A DNA stretch of 64,000 nucleotides, from assembly GCA_021157605.1 (NCBI GenBank), contig JAGGWG010000006.1, positions 2,387 to 66,386 of the forward strand, read 5' to 3'. The translations under genes and the position numbers were made by a program. Numbering within the stretch: the first letter of the stretch is position 1; the number at the start of each line of letters is the position of its first letter. Positions 40,631 to 50,612 of this stretch are shown piece by piece. This stretch comes from a bacterium (GTDB lineage: Bacteria; Patescibacteriota; UBA1384; JAGGWG01). The notes beneath the pieces are model-generated. The model made no database searches. It saw nothing but the letters and a program-made list of their open reading frames with translations, and was not told the origin of the DNA.

Positions 40631-41096
40631 AACTAAGAGTTAGTTGTTTGCCTATTTTGAGACTCAAGACAATAAGGACTGCTTGGATTATAAGTCCCAA
40701 AAAAATTAAAAACAAGGATGTGCTTTTTTTAGGATTAAAAAGATAAGCAACTAAGCCTGCTGTATAACTCCCTCCTATGATAGGTATGGGTACAGCAGCA
40801 AGAAGAAAGATTAACCCCAGTCCCAGACGGCGAAAGTTTTTCTCGTGTTTTTGCCGGGTATAGAGAAAAATCTTTTCTTTTATTTTCTTTAAAAAAGGAA
40901 TAAAGTCAATCAGTTTTTCTATTTGCCCCAAAAGCAAAATTGTGATCAACCCCCCCAGCCAAGCACCAATAATGCTGATTGTCATTGCCGCTAAAAGAGG
41001 GAGATTGTATTGAAGTAAAGCCAAAGGGATTGAGCCTCTCATCTCAACTACAGGGGCAAAAGCCAGAAAAAGTATTTTTAGGTATATTGCTAACAT
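40623..41096 (-). CDS. Small membrane protein, putative small multidrug export family (COG2426-like)
   Basis: It has PVVEMRGSIPLAL at the N-terminus and four TM helices. Confidence 0.4.
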   Translation of the reverse strand: MLAIYLKILFLAFAPVVEMRGSIPLALLQYNLPLLAAMTISIIGAWLGGLITILLLGQIEKLIDFIPFLKKIKEKIFLYTRQKHEKNFRRLGLGLIFLLAAVPIPIIGGSYTAGLVAYLFNPKKSTSLFLIFLGLIIQAVLIVLSLKIGKQLTLSYV

Positions 41097-41099
41097 TGG

Positions 41100-41861
41100 T
41101 TAAATTAAAAAATAGATTATTATCCCTGAAGCGACCAAAAAGCGCCAGATAGCGAAGGGCCAAAGGCGGTGATGTTCTAAATAGCGGAGGAGCCAGGCTA
41201 CAACTAAATAGCTAAAGGCAAAGCTGGTTAAAAAGCCTATTAGATAAGGCACAAGAAAAGAGTGGTTTAAGGAAATAATTTTTGGAGCTTCTAAAAGAGT
41301 TGCCCCCAGTATGGCTGGTGTGGCTAAAAGAAAGGAGAACTTGGCTGCTTCTTTTCTTTTTAGACCTAAAAATAGGGCTACAGAAATTGTAATGCCTGAA
41401 CGGGAAACACCCGGGAAAAGGGCCAAAGCTTGGGCTAAACCAATTAGCAAAGCATCTGTTAAAGTAAGCTGTTTTGCTGTTTTTTCTCCGGTTTTTTGGT
41501 CTGCCCAAATCAGAATCAAGCCAAAGAAAATAAGATTAAAGAGAGTCAGACTGGTTATGCGCCAAAACGATGGCTGGGTTTTTTCCAGAACAATACCTAA
41601 AACCGTAGCAGGGATTAAGGCTAAAAAGAGTTTGAAAATTAAGGAAGAAGACAGGGGGCGTTCTTTAAAAAGAGCTGGCCACTTTTTAGCAAAATAAACA
41701 ATTAGAGCTAAAGCAGAACCAAAGTGGATAAAGACATCAAAGCTCAAGTCAAAAGAAAGATGAAATAATTTTTCAGTTAAAAAAAGATGGGCTGAAGAAG
41801 ATATAGGTAGAAACTCAGTTAAAGCTTGGATTAAAGCTAAAATTACTGCCTGAATACCCAT
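41100..41861 (-). CDS. uppP: Undecaprenyl-diphosphatase
   Basis: It has ALTEFLPISSSAHL and SRSGITI, the BacA/UppP motifs. Confidence 0.85.
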   Translation of the reverse strand: MGIQAVILALIQALTEFLPISSSAHLFLTEKLFHLSFDLSFDVFIHFGSALALIVYFAKKWPALFKERPLSSSLIFKLFLALIPATVLGIVLEKTQPSFWRITSLTLFNLIFFGLILIWADQKTGEKTAKQLTLTDALLIGLAQALALFPGVSRSGITISVALFLGLKRKEAAKFSFLLATPAILGATLLEAPKIISLNHSFLVPYLIGFLTSFAFSYLVVAWLLRYLEHHRLWPFAIWRFLVASGIIIYFLI

Positions 41862-41982
41862 TACTTAGATATCATACATTTTTTAAGAGATAAAATTCAA
41901 GTTTCTCTTGATGAAAATAAATTTTTTATTTAGTTTAAAAATCACTTTGACAAGTTAGTGTTTGACGAAGGAGGGGACACAC

Positions 41983-42543
41983 ATGGCGGTTTTGGATCGG
42001 GCTGTGATTGTCGCCGGCAGGAGGATTCTGGCCGGGGACAAGAGGGTACTAATCAACAACCTCGTTATTTTCGAGAAAGGATCAAAGGGGTGGCACTTTG
42101 ACCCCAGCGGCTGGTTGCTTGCTGGGGAGGCAGGGGTGACGTCAGACGAGCTCTGGCACATACTCACCCATCCTCCATTCAATTTTCCTTTAGATTCCTG
42201 CTGGGACAACAAAAAATGCTCGGAGGATAAGTGTTGTAAGATTCCTCCGGGGCTGACAGAAAAAGAGTTCACCTCTTTTTTGGAGGCAGGCTACGATTGG
42301 GACCTTTTTGACTTTAGGACTTACATGGTCCGTCCTAGGAAAGGCGAGGACGGCTACTGCATTTTTCACAATTCAGAAGGAGGTTGCCAGCTCTTTGGCA
42401 GCCCCTTGCGCCCCCAGCAGTGCCGTTGGCGTTACTGCTGGGATGACGTTTTAGACAACGGGCCGGATCTGTCCCGTTACATTTTGAGCTGGTACCCACC
42501 GGCACCCTCAGATAGGGTGCGCCAGCGCTATAATCTAAGGTAA
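41983..42543 (+). CDS. YkgJ/UPF0153-family Cys-rich (CxxCxxCC-type) putative metal-binding protein, encoded in a G+C-rich patch
   Basis: The Cys pattern CWDNKKCSEDKCCK...GYCIFHNSEGGCQLFGSPLRPQQCRWRYC matches the YkgJ consensus C..C..CC ... C.IY..RP..CR..P. The preferred start is the ATG at 41983, which has a GAAGGAGGGG Shine-Dalgarno sequence 7 nt upstream. The track uses a TTG at 41962. Confidence 0.55.
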   Translation: MAVLDRAVIVAGRRILAGDKRVLINNLVIFEKGSKGWHFDPSGWLLAGEAGVTSDELWHILTHPPFNFPLDSCWDNKKCSEDKCCKIPPGLTEKEFTSFLEAGYDWDLFDFRTYMVRPRKGEDGYCIFHNSEGGCQLFGSPLRPQQCRWRYCWDDVLDNGPDLSRYILSWYPPAPSDRVRQRYNLR

Positions 42544-42578
42544 CCAAAGCAAAAGACCCTGCTTATTAGCAGGGTCTT

Positions 42579-43118
42579 TCAGTTTATTGATATTTCTGAT
42601 AAGTGCTCTCCCAAATTAACCACTGTATTAGCTTCTATCTCCAGCCAATAGTTAACAGGAGAGACAGAAGGTTCGGGTGAAGAGGATACATATGGAAATG
42701 GCAGATAAAACTCTGGAATTACTATTTCTACATTTGGATTGATGTTTTTGACCTCTTGAACACTTTCAACAAAATCGCCGTCCCGCGACATAAGAGCCAA
42801 CTTCTCTCCTTTAGACAGGGTTCGCCCCTTTTCTACAATTAGCTCTTTTATTTTTTGATCTACCCACGCATCTTTTTTTTCAAAAATAATAGAGTCCCTA
42901 TCTTTGAGAAAGGTTATAACACGTGGGTCACAAGAGATAGCATAAACAAAGCTCTTGTAAGCTTCACTTATAGGTTCTAAGGAAACATATAAGAACTCAA
43001 ACTTTTTTCCTACCAACAGTTCTGCCACCTTAATTATATCTAAGTTGCAGCCGCAGGTCTCCATTATCTCCCGCCGCCAGTAGTTCCAGTTGGGTCCGTC
43101 CACAATAACAACATTCAC
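42579..43118 (-). CDS. NYN-domain (LabA-like) predicted ribonuclease
   Basis: It has an N-terminal VVIVDGPNW and an MSRDGDFV (SxDxDF-like) motif. Confidence 0.55.
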   Translation of the reverse strand: MNVVIVDGPNWNYWRREIMETCGCNLDIIKVAELLVGKKFEFLYVSLEPISEAYKSFVYAISCDPRVITFLKDRDSIIFEKKDAWVDQKIKELIVEKGRTLSKGEKLALMSRDGDFVESVQEVKNINPNVEIVIPEFYLPFPYVSSSPEPSVSPVNYWLEIEANTVVNLGEHLSEISIN

Positions 43119-43372
43119 TTTTATCTACCGCCTTCTGCCTTGTTTTGAATGTCCTAATGTTGTATCAGTTTTAGCACTTTTTATATTTTTGTCAATGTTT
43201 ATTTAAAAAATAAAAGCAAAAATAAAGCAAAACACTTTAAAAACACAGATGCTTAAACCTAATTTACAAGTTTAAAACTTTTTGCTTTAGCTGTTTGAAA
43301 ATTTTTAAATAGTTTATTTTTTTAGTTTTTGTTTTTTGTTATGCTATTTTTAAAGACAAATTAATTTTTATT
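43119..43372. promoter_or_regulatory. 254-bp AT-rich intergenic spacer, a likely promoter region for the yfiH-like-dnaG-rpoD operon
   Basis: It is the longest non-coding gap in the window and is very AT-rich, with TTGAAA and TATGCT-like hexamers. No ORF or structured RNA was evident. Confidence 0.3.
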
Positions 43373-44245
43373 ATGGCAAGTAAAGAAACAGGGATGATTT
43401 CTGAAAGTTTGACACATGAGCGCGAACGGGAGGAGCGAATAAAAGATGGGGTTTGGCGGCCAAAGATTTTAGCCCCTTTTAGAGAAGTGGTTTGCGGTGC
43501 TTCTACAAAGAGTTTTCCGGGTTTAATTTATCTGCGAAATCCTGATCGTTTTAAGGAGCCTTTAACAGAACCACAAAAAGTAAGGGCAGCCAAGAGTTTG
43601 ATTTCTTTTATCAGAGCTCTTGATCCTGATCTTGATCCTAAAAAAGTTGCTTATCCAGAGCTTAGCCATTCAACTAATATGGTAGTTTTAGATGAACAAA
43701 CAGCAAAAAGACACGTTGAACCAAGAATAAAGATTGAAAATACCGATGGTTTAATTTCTCAGCTTAAAGGCTACACCTTAATGATTTTAGGAGCAGATTG
43801 TCCTTCTATAGCTCTTTTTGATCCTAAAACTCACTCTGTGGGTGTTTTTCACTCAGGTTGGCGGGGAACTGCTCAAGGCATTGTAATTGAAGGGGTAAAG
43901 AAGATGCAGGAAGTTTTTGCTGCTAATTCTAGTGATTTTTACGCCGTAGTAGGTCCGGGCTACAGCCGCAATTATGAAGTTCGCGAAGATGTACTGGAGG
44001 CATTTAGAGCCAGCCAAATTTTTTCAGAAGAAGAGCTGAACCGCTTTTTTGTTCGCAAAGACGAAGAACACTTTAATTTAGATCTTCACCAGGCTTTAGC
44101 TCTTGAGCTCCAAAAAGCAGGTGTCCCTGAAAATCAAACAGAGATAACCTCTTTGCGAACAGATTTAGATAATGATCTTTTTCCTTCTTATCGTTTGGAA
44201 AAAGATCAAGCTGATCGTTTTGCCTTTGCTATTGCTTTAAAATAA
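43373..44245 (+). CDS. YfiH/PgeF (DUF152, laccase-domain) family protein
   Basis: It has GADCPSIALFDPKTHSVGVFHSGWRGTAQGIV and an extra ~60-aa N-terminal region. Confidence 0.7.
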   Translation: MASKETGMISESLTHEREREERIKDGVWRPKILAPFREVVCGASTKSFPGLIYLRNPDRFKEPLTEPQKVRAAKSLISFIRALDPDLDPKKVAYPELSHSTNMVVLDEQTAKRHVEPRIKIENTDGLISQLKGYTLMILGADCPSIALFDPKTHSVGVFHSGWRGTAQGIVIEGVKKMQEVFAANSSDFYAVVGPGYSRNYEVREDVLEAFRASQIFSEEELNRFFVRKDEEHFNLDLHQALALELQKAGVPENQTEITSLRTDLDNDLFPSYRLEKDQADRFAFAIALK

Positions 44246-44284
44246 CTTTACAAGCAAGTTTTTTGTTTTTACTCTTAAAGGGCA

Positions 44285-46036
44285 ATGCCAGATCCCTTAG
44301 AGGAGATTAAACAAAAAGTTGATATTGTTGATTTAATCTCTTCTTATATTTCTTTAAAAAAGGCAGGTCGCAACTATAAAGCCCTTTGCCCTTTTCATCA
44401 GGAAAAAACCCCTTCTTTTATGGTTTCCCCGGAAAAACAGATTTGGCACTGTTTTGGTTGTGGTCGCGGAGGTGATGCCATTTCCTTTGTTATGGAAATG
44501 GAGGGTTTGGAGTTTTATGAGGCTTTAAAGTTTTTAGGGGAAAAAGTGGGGGTAAAAGTAGAGCCCCTAAACCAAGAGGCTTATTCAGAGAAAAAGCGCC
44601 TCTATGAGCTAAATGAGATAGCGGCTAAGTTTTTTCAGTATGTTTTATGGAAAACTGCTCCCGGCAAGAAAGCACTGAAGTATTTGCGTGATCGCGGACT
44701 AAAAGATACAACTATTGATGAATTCCACATAGGTTATGCTCCTAATCAAAAAGATGCTTTAAGCAAATTTCTGCTTAAACGTAAATACCCTGTTCCACTT
44801 TTGGTAAAATCAGGTTTAGTTATTAAAAAAGATAATCCGTCTCCAAAAGAAACTCCTATTTTTGATAGGTTTCGCGGTCGCGTAATCTTTCCTGTATTTA
44901 ATCAGGGGGGTTCAATTGTGGGTTTTTCTGGAAGAATTATGCCTCATTTGGAAAGCGACAATTTAGCTAAATATCTTAATTCTCCTGATACCCCTGTGTT
45001 TAATAAAAGTTTTGTTTTGTATGGCTTAAACTTTGCCAAGCAGGCAATTATGAAAAAGGGTTTTGTTGTTTTAGTAGAGGGACAGATGGATGTTATCTCT
45101 GCTCATCAAGCAGGCTTTTTAAACACAGTGGCTTCTTCTGGCACTTCCTTAACTGAACCTCAGCTTGATTTGCTCCGCCGATTTACTAATAAGATATATT
45201 TTGCCTTTGATCAAGATTCAGCTGGGCAAGTTGCTACTGAAAGGGGGATTGAGTTAGCTCTTAAGAAAGGTTTTTTGGTATATGTAGTGTTTATTCCTAA
45301 GCCGTATAAAGATGTAGATGAGTGCGTAAAGTCTAACCCTAAAAAATGGGAGGAAGCCTTATCTAAAAAGCGCAGTATTATTGAATACTTTTTTCAGATT
45401 TATGCCAAAGGGGCCAAGACTATTGAGCAGCGCAAAGAAGCAGCAGAAAAAGTTTTGCTTTGGATTAAAGTGATCCCTGACCCGATCTTACAGGGAGAGT
45501 GGATGCAAAAGCTGAGTTCTGCTCTTGATATTGGAGAACCCTATCTTTATGAGGCTTTACAGAATCTCTCTAAAGATAAAGTTAAAACTCAACCAGTCGG
45601 GGGAGACAAAGCTAAATCTTCTTTTGGCAAAGAGGAAGTAAAAAAACGAATTGTGGCTTTTTTGTTTGTTTTTCCTTCATTCTATAAAAGATCAAAATCT
45701 AAACTAAATAGACTTTTGAAGCAAAACAAACTTTACAATCTTTGGTTTAAATTCTACAATCAGAAAGATAGAGTTAAAGATAGTTTTTTGGCTCGTCTTA
45801 AAAGCCCAGAGTTGCCTTTAGCAGTACTGGAAGTGGAGAATGATTATGATCAGGGTGACAAAAAGTTGGCTTGGCAGGAATTTAATGATTTAGTGCAGTT
45901 TTTATACAGAGAAGCAAAAGAGATGCAGATTGCTAAGCTTCAGCGTCAGATTAAAATCTGTGAGAAGAAAAAAGATTCCCTTCATCTTAAAAAACTTCTT
46001 AGAAAATTGCAAGATTTAATTATGGATAAACAATAA
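44285..46036 (+). CDS. dnaG: DNA primase
   Basis: It has the CHC2 zinc finger [30 protein letters not shown] and a TOPRIM domain ([12 protein letters not shown]). Confidence 0.9.
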   Translation: MPDPLEEIKQKVDIVDLISSYISLKKAGRNYKALCPFHQEKTPSFMVSPEKQIWHCFGCGRGGDAISFVMEMEGLEFYEALKFLGEKVGVKVEPLNQEAYSEKKRLYELNEIAAKFFQYVLWKTAPGKKALKYLRDRGLKDTTIDEFHIGYAPNQKDALSKFLLKRKYPVPLLVKSGLVIKKDNPSPKETPIFDRFRGRVIFPVFNQGGSIVGFSGRIMPHLESDNLAKYLNSPDTPVFNKSFVLYGLNFAKQAIMKKGFVVLVEGQMDVISAHQAGFLNTVASSGTSLTEPQLDLLRRFTNKIYFAFDQDSAGQVATERGIELALKKGFLVYVVFIPKPYKDVDECVKSNPKKWEEALSKKRSIIEYFFQIYAKGAKTIEQRKEAAEKVLLWIKVIPDPILQGEWMQKLSSALDIGEPYLYEALQNLSKDKVKTQPVGGDKAKSSFGKEEVKKRIVAFLFVFPSFYKRSKSKLNRLLKQNKLYNLWFKFYNQKDRVKDSFLARLKSPELPLAVLEVENDYDQGDKKLAWQEFNDLVQFLYREAKEMQIAKLQRQIKICEKKKDSLHLKKLLRKLQDLIMDKQ

Positions 46037-46043
46037 AATTTTT

Positions 46044-47174
46044 ATGGTTGATCCCAATGTTTTACGTTTTCATCCAGAGAATCTTCATGATGTCCCCCCG
46101 CGCTTTCAGGAATTGATTGAGAAAGGGGATAGGGACGGTTTTGTTTCTGCTAAAGAGATTTTAAACCTTATCCCTAATCCTGAATCTCGGCTTAAAGATG
46201 CTGACTATCTTTTTCTTTTATTGCAAGAAAGGGGAATTGAAATGATAGCCGGAGAACCAAAGCGAATTTTGGACAGATTTATGGAAGATGAAAAACGGGA
46301 GGAAGAGGAAGCTCTTTCTTCAATACGCATTAATGATATCTCTGATTATATTGATGACTCTGTTAGGCTTTATCTGCGGGAAATAGGTAAGGTTTCTCTT
46401 TTGACGCCTGTGTCTGAAAAAGCTTTAGCCAAAAGAGTGGCTTGGGGAGATGAGGTAGCCAAAAGAAAATTAGCGCGAGCGAATTTGCGTTTAGTTGTTT
46501 CTATTGCCAAAAAATATATTGGCAGAGGTTTGGGTTTTTTGGATTTAATTCAAGAGGGCAATATTGGTTTAATGCGCGCGGTCGAGAAATTTGATTGGAA
46601 AAGAGGTTATAAGTTTTCTACCTATGCTACTTGGTGGATTAGACAAGCAATTACCAGAGCCATTGCTGATCAGGCGCGTACTATTAGAATTCCTGTACAT
46701 ATGGTGGAAACAATCAACAAAATCCATAAAGCCCAAAGGATGTTGGTTCAGGAATTAGGTAGGGAGCCCCTGCCTGAAGAGATTGGAGCTGAGATCGGTT
46801 TGCCTGCAGAAAAAGTTGAACAGATTTTAAAAATGACCCAAGATACAGTTTCTTTAGAGGCTCCTGTGGGTGAAGATGAAGACTCAATTTTAGGAGATTT
46901 TATTGAAGACAAGCAAGCTGCTACTCCTGAGGATGCTGCCTCCCAGCAGTTTTTACGCCAACAGATCAGAGATATTCTTAAATATCTGACTCCGCGGGAA
47001 CAAAAAATTTTAAGGATGCGTTTTGGCCTTGAGGACGGGGAGACTCATACTCTTGAAGAAGTAGGAAAAGAGTTTGGGGTAACCCGTGAAAGAGTGCGCC
47101 AGATTGAAGCCAAAGCCTTGGAAAAGCTAAGAGAGATGAAGGTTCATCGTCGTCTAAAAGAATACTTGCACTAA
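46044..47174 (+). CDS. rpoD: RNA polymerase sigma-70 factor
   Basis: It has [47 protein letters not shown] and a region 4 HTH. Confidence 0.95.
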   Translation: MVDPNVLRFHPENLHDVPPRFQELIEKGDRDGFVSAKEILNLIPNPESRLKDADYLFLLLQERGIEMIAGEPKRILDRFMEDEKREEEEALSSIRINDISDYIDDSVRLYLREIGKVSLLTPVSEKALAKRVAWGDEVAKRKLARANLRLVVSIAKKYIGRGLGFLDLIQEGNIGLMRAVEKFDWKRGYKFSTYATWWIRQAITRAIADQARTIRIPVHMVETINKIHKAQRMLVQELGREPLPEEIGAEIGLPAEKVEQILKMTQDTVSLEAPVGEDEDSILGDFIEDKQAATPEDAASQQFLRQQIRDILKYLTPREQKILRMRFGLEDGETHTLEEVGKEFGVTRERVRQIEAKALEKLREMKVHRRLKEYLH

Positions 47175-47178
47175 GTTT

Positions 47179-48204
47179 TTATTCTTCTGTCCATCTTTTT
47201 TTCAGCATTTCTCGAACATCTTTTCTTTTGCCAAAATGGTCATCCTCATCAGCCCAATAGCCAATAAAGACACCTGAAAAGTTGTGCTTTTTTAAAATAT
47301 CAAGTCCTATACTAATAGCTTGGGCATAGATTTGAGCATCAGGCAGAGGGCTGTGTTCAGCGCTTCCTTGCCAGTAATCCAAACCCATAGGTACTGCTAA
47401 CTTACAAGAGATGTTGTATTTTTTAGCTAATTTGTCAATGGTTGTTGTTTCTTTTTCAATATAATCTCTGACGTCTTCAAAGCTTCTAATATCGCTTATG
47501 CCGTCATACTCTTTACGCGGATAAAAAGTAAGGCCCAAACAGTCATAGCCCCAAAAAGACTGGCTTTTATCTAGGATTTTCCATCTTTCTGCGTCATAGT
47601 GTTCAGCAGTAATGACTTTGCCGCTGTAAATTTCTCTTATTTGAGGCAGGATTTCTTTAAGCCACCTGCCTGATATTTTTTCATCTAAAATAAGGTTCAT
47701 CTCTACTCCCGGAGCAAACATTTCCACCTCATTTTCTTGGGCAAACTTAGCCCAAGTCAGCACTGTCTCTGTCCAAATATCTTCAGAAAGCCGCCATTTT
47801 TTATTAACCCAATATTCTCTGGATTCTACATATGGCACAAGAAAAATTTTAAAGCCTTTTTTATGGGCTTCGTTGATTGCTTTTTTTAGAACTCTTTGGG
47901 CTTTTTCTGTATTGCCTTCAAGGCCGCCATCTGGGGTGCCGTTGTAAAAAGCTCTTATTAATAAAAAATTGGCTCCTGTATTTTTAGCTTTGTTTAAAAT
48001 GCGTTTATTGGACAAAAAGTTGTAGCCTTGTTTATAAATAAAGGGGTTGTAATAATAAGAATAGGTGCGCCAAGTTAGTCCTTGGATATCAAACTCTTTT
48101 TTTATTTGGACGGTTGGTTCTTTTTGAAAGTAAAAGTAACTAGATGTTGCTATTAAAACGAGGGCAACAAGAGTTAAAATAATCCAAATCCAGATTCTTT
48201 TCAC
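47179..48204 (-). CDS. Membrane-anchored putative glycoside-hydrolase-like (TIM-barrel) protein
   Basis: It has an N-terminal TM helix, and the ENEVEMFAPGVEMN region resembles a GH acid/base segment. This is a weak call. Confidence 0.3.
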   Translation of the reverse strand: MKRIWIWIILTLVALVLIATSSYFYFQKEPTVQIKKEFDIQGLTWRTYSYYYNPFIYKQGYNFLSNKRILNKAKNTGANFLLIRAFYNGTPDGGLEGNTEKAQRVLKKAINEAHKKGFKIFLVPYVESREYWVNKKWRLSEDIWTETVLTWAKFAQENEVEMFAPGVEMNLILDEKISGRWLKEILPQIREIYSGKVITAEHYDAERWKILDKSQSFWGYDCLGLTFYPRKEYDGISDIRSFEDVRDYIEKETTTIDKLAKKYNISCKLAVPMGLDYWQGSAEHSPLPDAQIYAQAISIGLDILKKHNFSGVFIGYWADEDDHFGKRKDVREMLKKRWTEE

Positions 48205-48240
48205 TCTTCTATTATAGATTTTAAATATTTAAATGTCAGT

Positions 48241-48861
48241 TTGGATTCTTTTTGGTTCTCAAGAAGGGTTATGTTATTATTGAGGCAGAAAATAAAAGTA
48301 ATTATGAAAACTAACAAGGTGCTTATTTTGGTCTTAGTGATTGTGGGTGTTTTGATTTTAGGTAGTTTATTGTCTTTTGTCTTTATGGGTCAGATGTTTT
48401 GGGCACGTTTTGTTCCAATACTTTCGCATTCAAGCAAGCAATCAGTAAGTTCAGAGCAACAGAGTTCTGAAAGTAGTGAGCAATCTGCGAGCCAAACAGA
48501 AGAAAGTTCTTCTTTTTCTTCAGCCAATGAGGTGACGCCCACAGGTTCAGCTGTTAGCTGGGATAGTGAAGTGAAACCTATTATTGAATCTGTTTTTGGC
48601 GGAGCCAGTTTGATTGAGTTCACTACTGCTAAAGGTCAGAATGCTTACTTAAAGTATGCTATCCCGCGTCGCGCCAGCTCAAGTGATTTAGCCAAAATTT
48701 TAAGCTTATTTAAACAAAAAGGATACAGCGAAGTAGTTTCCGGATCTAACAGCGGCACCAACACAGCCATTATGAGCAAAGGCGATACTCAGGCAGTTGT
48801 CACTTTTGAAGATAATAGCGACTACGTAGAGGTGACAATTGCTGAGACCCCTTCTTATTAA
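48241..48861 (+). CDS. Membrane-anchored hypothetical protein with a Ser/Glu-rich linker. The likely true start is the MKTNK codon at 48304.
   Basis: It has a TM helix LILVLVIVGVLILGSLLSFVF, then the low-complexity stretch SSEQQSSESSEQSASQTEESSS, then a ~100-aa domain. Confidence 0.35.
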   Translation: MDSFWFSRRVMLLLRQKIKVIMKTNKVLILVLVIVGVLILGSLLSFVFMGQMFWARFVPILSHSSKQSVSSEQQSSESSEQSASQTEESSSFSSANEVTPTGSAVSWDSEVKPIIESVFGGASLIEFTTAKGQNAYLKYAIPRRASSSDLAKILSLFKQKGYSEVVSGSNSGTNTAIMSKGDTQAVVTFEDNSDYVEVTIAETPSY

Positions 48862-48894
48862 AGCCTCTGTTTTTAAATTAATATTGTTAGTCTA

Positions 48895-49629
48895 TCAGTA
48901 TCTTTCTATTTCTCCTGCTTTTTGGCGGTATTGGCAGTATTCGCAAGTTGTTTTTGGCTTAGGGAGTTTATCGCTTTGCAGTATTTTTTTGATTTCTTTT
49001 AGTGTTGGCTCTATCCAAGAGGTTGAGCCTTTATAAGGCAGAAGCTTAACATCAAACTCCAGTTTGCCGTCAAAAGCTTTGCGGTCACGCTTGGCATTAA
49101 CATAGACAAAGTAGGCAGTGTCTGAAACCTTAAAGCCATTGTTTCTAAAAAGCCATTGATAGATTTCCAGCTGTCTTTTGTATCCTTCTTTCCATTCTCC
49201 GTCTAAGGTTACCTCCCCGTTAATACTCGTAGCTTTATAATCAACCACAATCAGCTCTTCTTTTTTGCTGATCCAAATGTCGTCAATAGCTCCATAAACC
49301 AAAAAATTAGTTTCAGGATCATGGTACTGAATACCTTGCCTGAAATTACGCCAGTTTTCCAATTCTTGATGCTGAAATGGTACTGCCTCTAAGCCGTAGT
49401 TTTTGAGTAGGGGGTGAGTGGAGTTTTTAGCGCGATGAATATCAAACTCTTTTTTAAGCAAATGATCAACAGCGCTGTTAAGAGTGAAAGCCGGCCACGA
49501 GGGTCGTCTGATGCCTAGTTTTACATCTAGGTAGAAACATCTTGGACACTCCACAAACAACTCAATTTTTGACCGACTGAGTTTGAAGGGGCTTTTTGGT
49601 TTTTGAAAGAAAAGATTTTGCTGCGGCAT
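48895..49629 (-). CDS. Cas4/RecB-like PD-(D/E)XK nuclease (orphan, no CRISPR array or cas genes nearby)
   Basis: It has SKIELFVECPRCFYLD at the N-terminus, a core IDDIWISKKEELIVVDYK (D...D/ExK) and the C-terminal Cys pair CEYC. Confidence 0.55.
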   Translation of the reverse strand: MPQQNLFFQKPKSPFKLSRSKIELFVECPRCFYLDVKLGIRRPSWPAFTLNSAVDHLLKKEFDIHRAKNSTHPLLKNYGLEAVPFQHQELENWRNFRQGIQYHDPETNFLVYGAIDDIWISKKEELIVVDYKATSINGEVTLDGEWKEGYKRQLEIYQWLFRNNGFKVSDTAYFVYVNAKRDRKAFDGKLEFDVKLLPYKGSTSWIEPTLKEIKKILQSDKLPKPKTTCEYCQYRQKAGEIERY

Positions 49630-49880
49630 AGTTTTAATTAGTGGTAATTTTTATATCCTTTTTTACTTTTTCGGGTTTGCTTTTGTATTATTTTGCGTTG
49701 CGGATTTTTTGTCAAAGCCTAGAACCGCTTGGACCAATCATCTCAAGGGTGAGCAGAACAACGAGAATAATAAGAATTTTTATCATCCTTCTTTTTTATT
49801 TTCTCTTTTATTGTATATTTCCATCTTGACTTTTGGGACAAATAGTTACAGAGAGAGGATTTGTTACGTCTTTTGTCTTC

Positions 49881-50612
49881 TTAAATCCTTTTTAGGTATT
49901 TTTCTATTCTTTGTATTTTTTTATCATCCAACTTATCAATTTTCTCCAGTATATATTTTAGTAAATAATGTAGTTTGTGGCTTAAGGCATTTGAGTCAAT
50001 TCCTATTTCATTTTTTCTTGTTAATGCGAATACATCTCGACTTTGATAAAAGAGAACAATAGAACGGAAGTCAGCTTTTGGCATAAAAGGCAGACCTGCG
50101 GCCGGTATATTTTTTGGTGTAAATTCATGTACGAGACTATTCCTTACTCTTAAAAGCTTTTCAATTTCTTCATCATTTAAATTTGTCAGTCTTTTCGTCG
50201 CCTTGAGGAGCTTTTTAATTTTTTTGTGCGTTCCTACCTTTAATTCTCCTTCTTTTGGCATCTGGCCAAAAGGTCTTAATAAGAAATCTGTTATCCATTT
50301 TTTACTTCTGCTTCTATATAATTTTGTTATTTTTATTTTTGCTTCTTCTAATTCTTTTATTTCTTTTTTGCTCCAAAAATCTTTTTCTTTGCTTTCTACA
50401 ATTGCGTTAACTGTTCCAAGAAACTCGATAGTTGCCAAGGTAGATAAAAGAACTGTGAAGTTGCCCCCTCCGATTGGTATTTCTCGGCTATCTTTCTCAA
50501 TGGTGGATACACATTTTGTGTATAGAAAGGTATTGCTGTCAGCAATGGAATAGCTTACTATTTTTGCGATTTTTTTGCTTACCTTATTTTTGAGAATCTT
50601 TTTTTTATTCAC
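49881..50612 (-). CDS. Hypothetical protein with a HEPN-type R-N-x3-H motif (predicted RNase-like effector)
   Basis: It has EIEKLLRVRNSLVHEF (Rx4-6H with N after R) in a helical context. It is 243 aa and overlaps the upstream gene by 8 nt. Confidence 0.4.
   Translation of the reverse strand: MNKKKILKNKVSKKIAKIVSYSIADSNTFLYTKCVSTIEKDSREIPIGGGNFTVLLSTLATIEFLGTVNAIVESKEKDFWSKKEIKELEEAKIKITKLYRSRSKKWITDFLLRPFGQMPKEGELKVGTHKKIKKLLKATKRLTNLNDEEIEKLLRVRNSLVHEFTPKNIPAAGLPFMPKADFRSIVLFYQSRDVFALTRKNEIGIDSNALSHKLHYLLKYILEKIDKLDDKKIQRIEKYLKRI

Noticed and set aside
41955-42272. 105-aa minus-strand ORF, and the TTG start at 41962 for the plus-strand ORF
   Set aside because: The minus ORF is antisense to the YkgJ-family gene, which has a clear Cys motif and a strong Shine-Dalgarno sequence. 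For the plus gene, the ATG at 41983 preceded by GAAGGAGGGG is a far better start than the upstream TTG.
49641-50062. Two plus-strand small ORFs in or near the 250-bp gap between the Cas4-like and HEPN genes
   Set aside because: One overlaps the HEPN-motif gene antisense. The other is a hydrophobic 62-aa frame in AT-rich DNA with no ribosome-binding site. I also saw no convincing hairpin or ncRNA structure in the gap.
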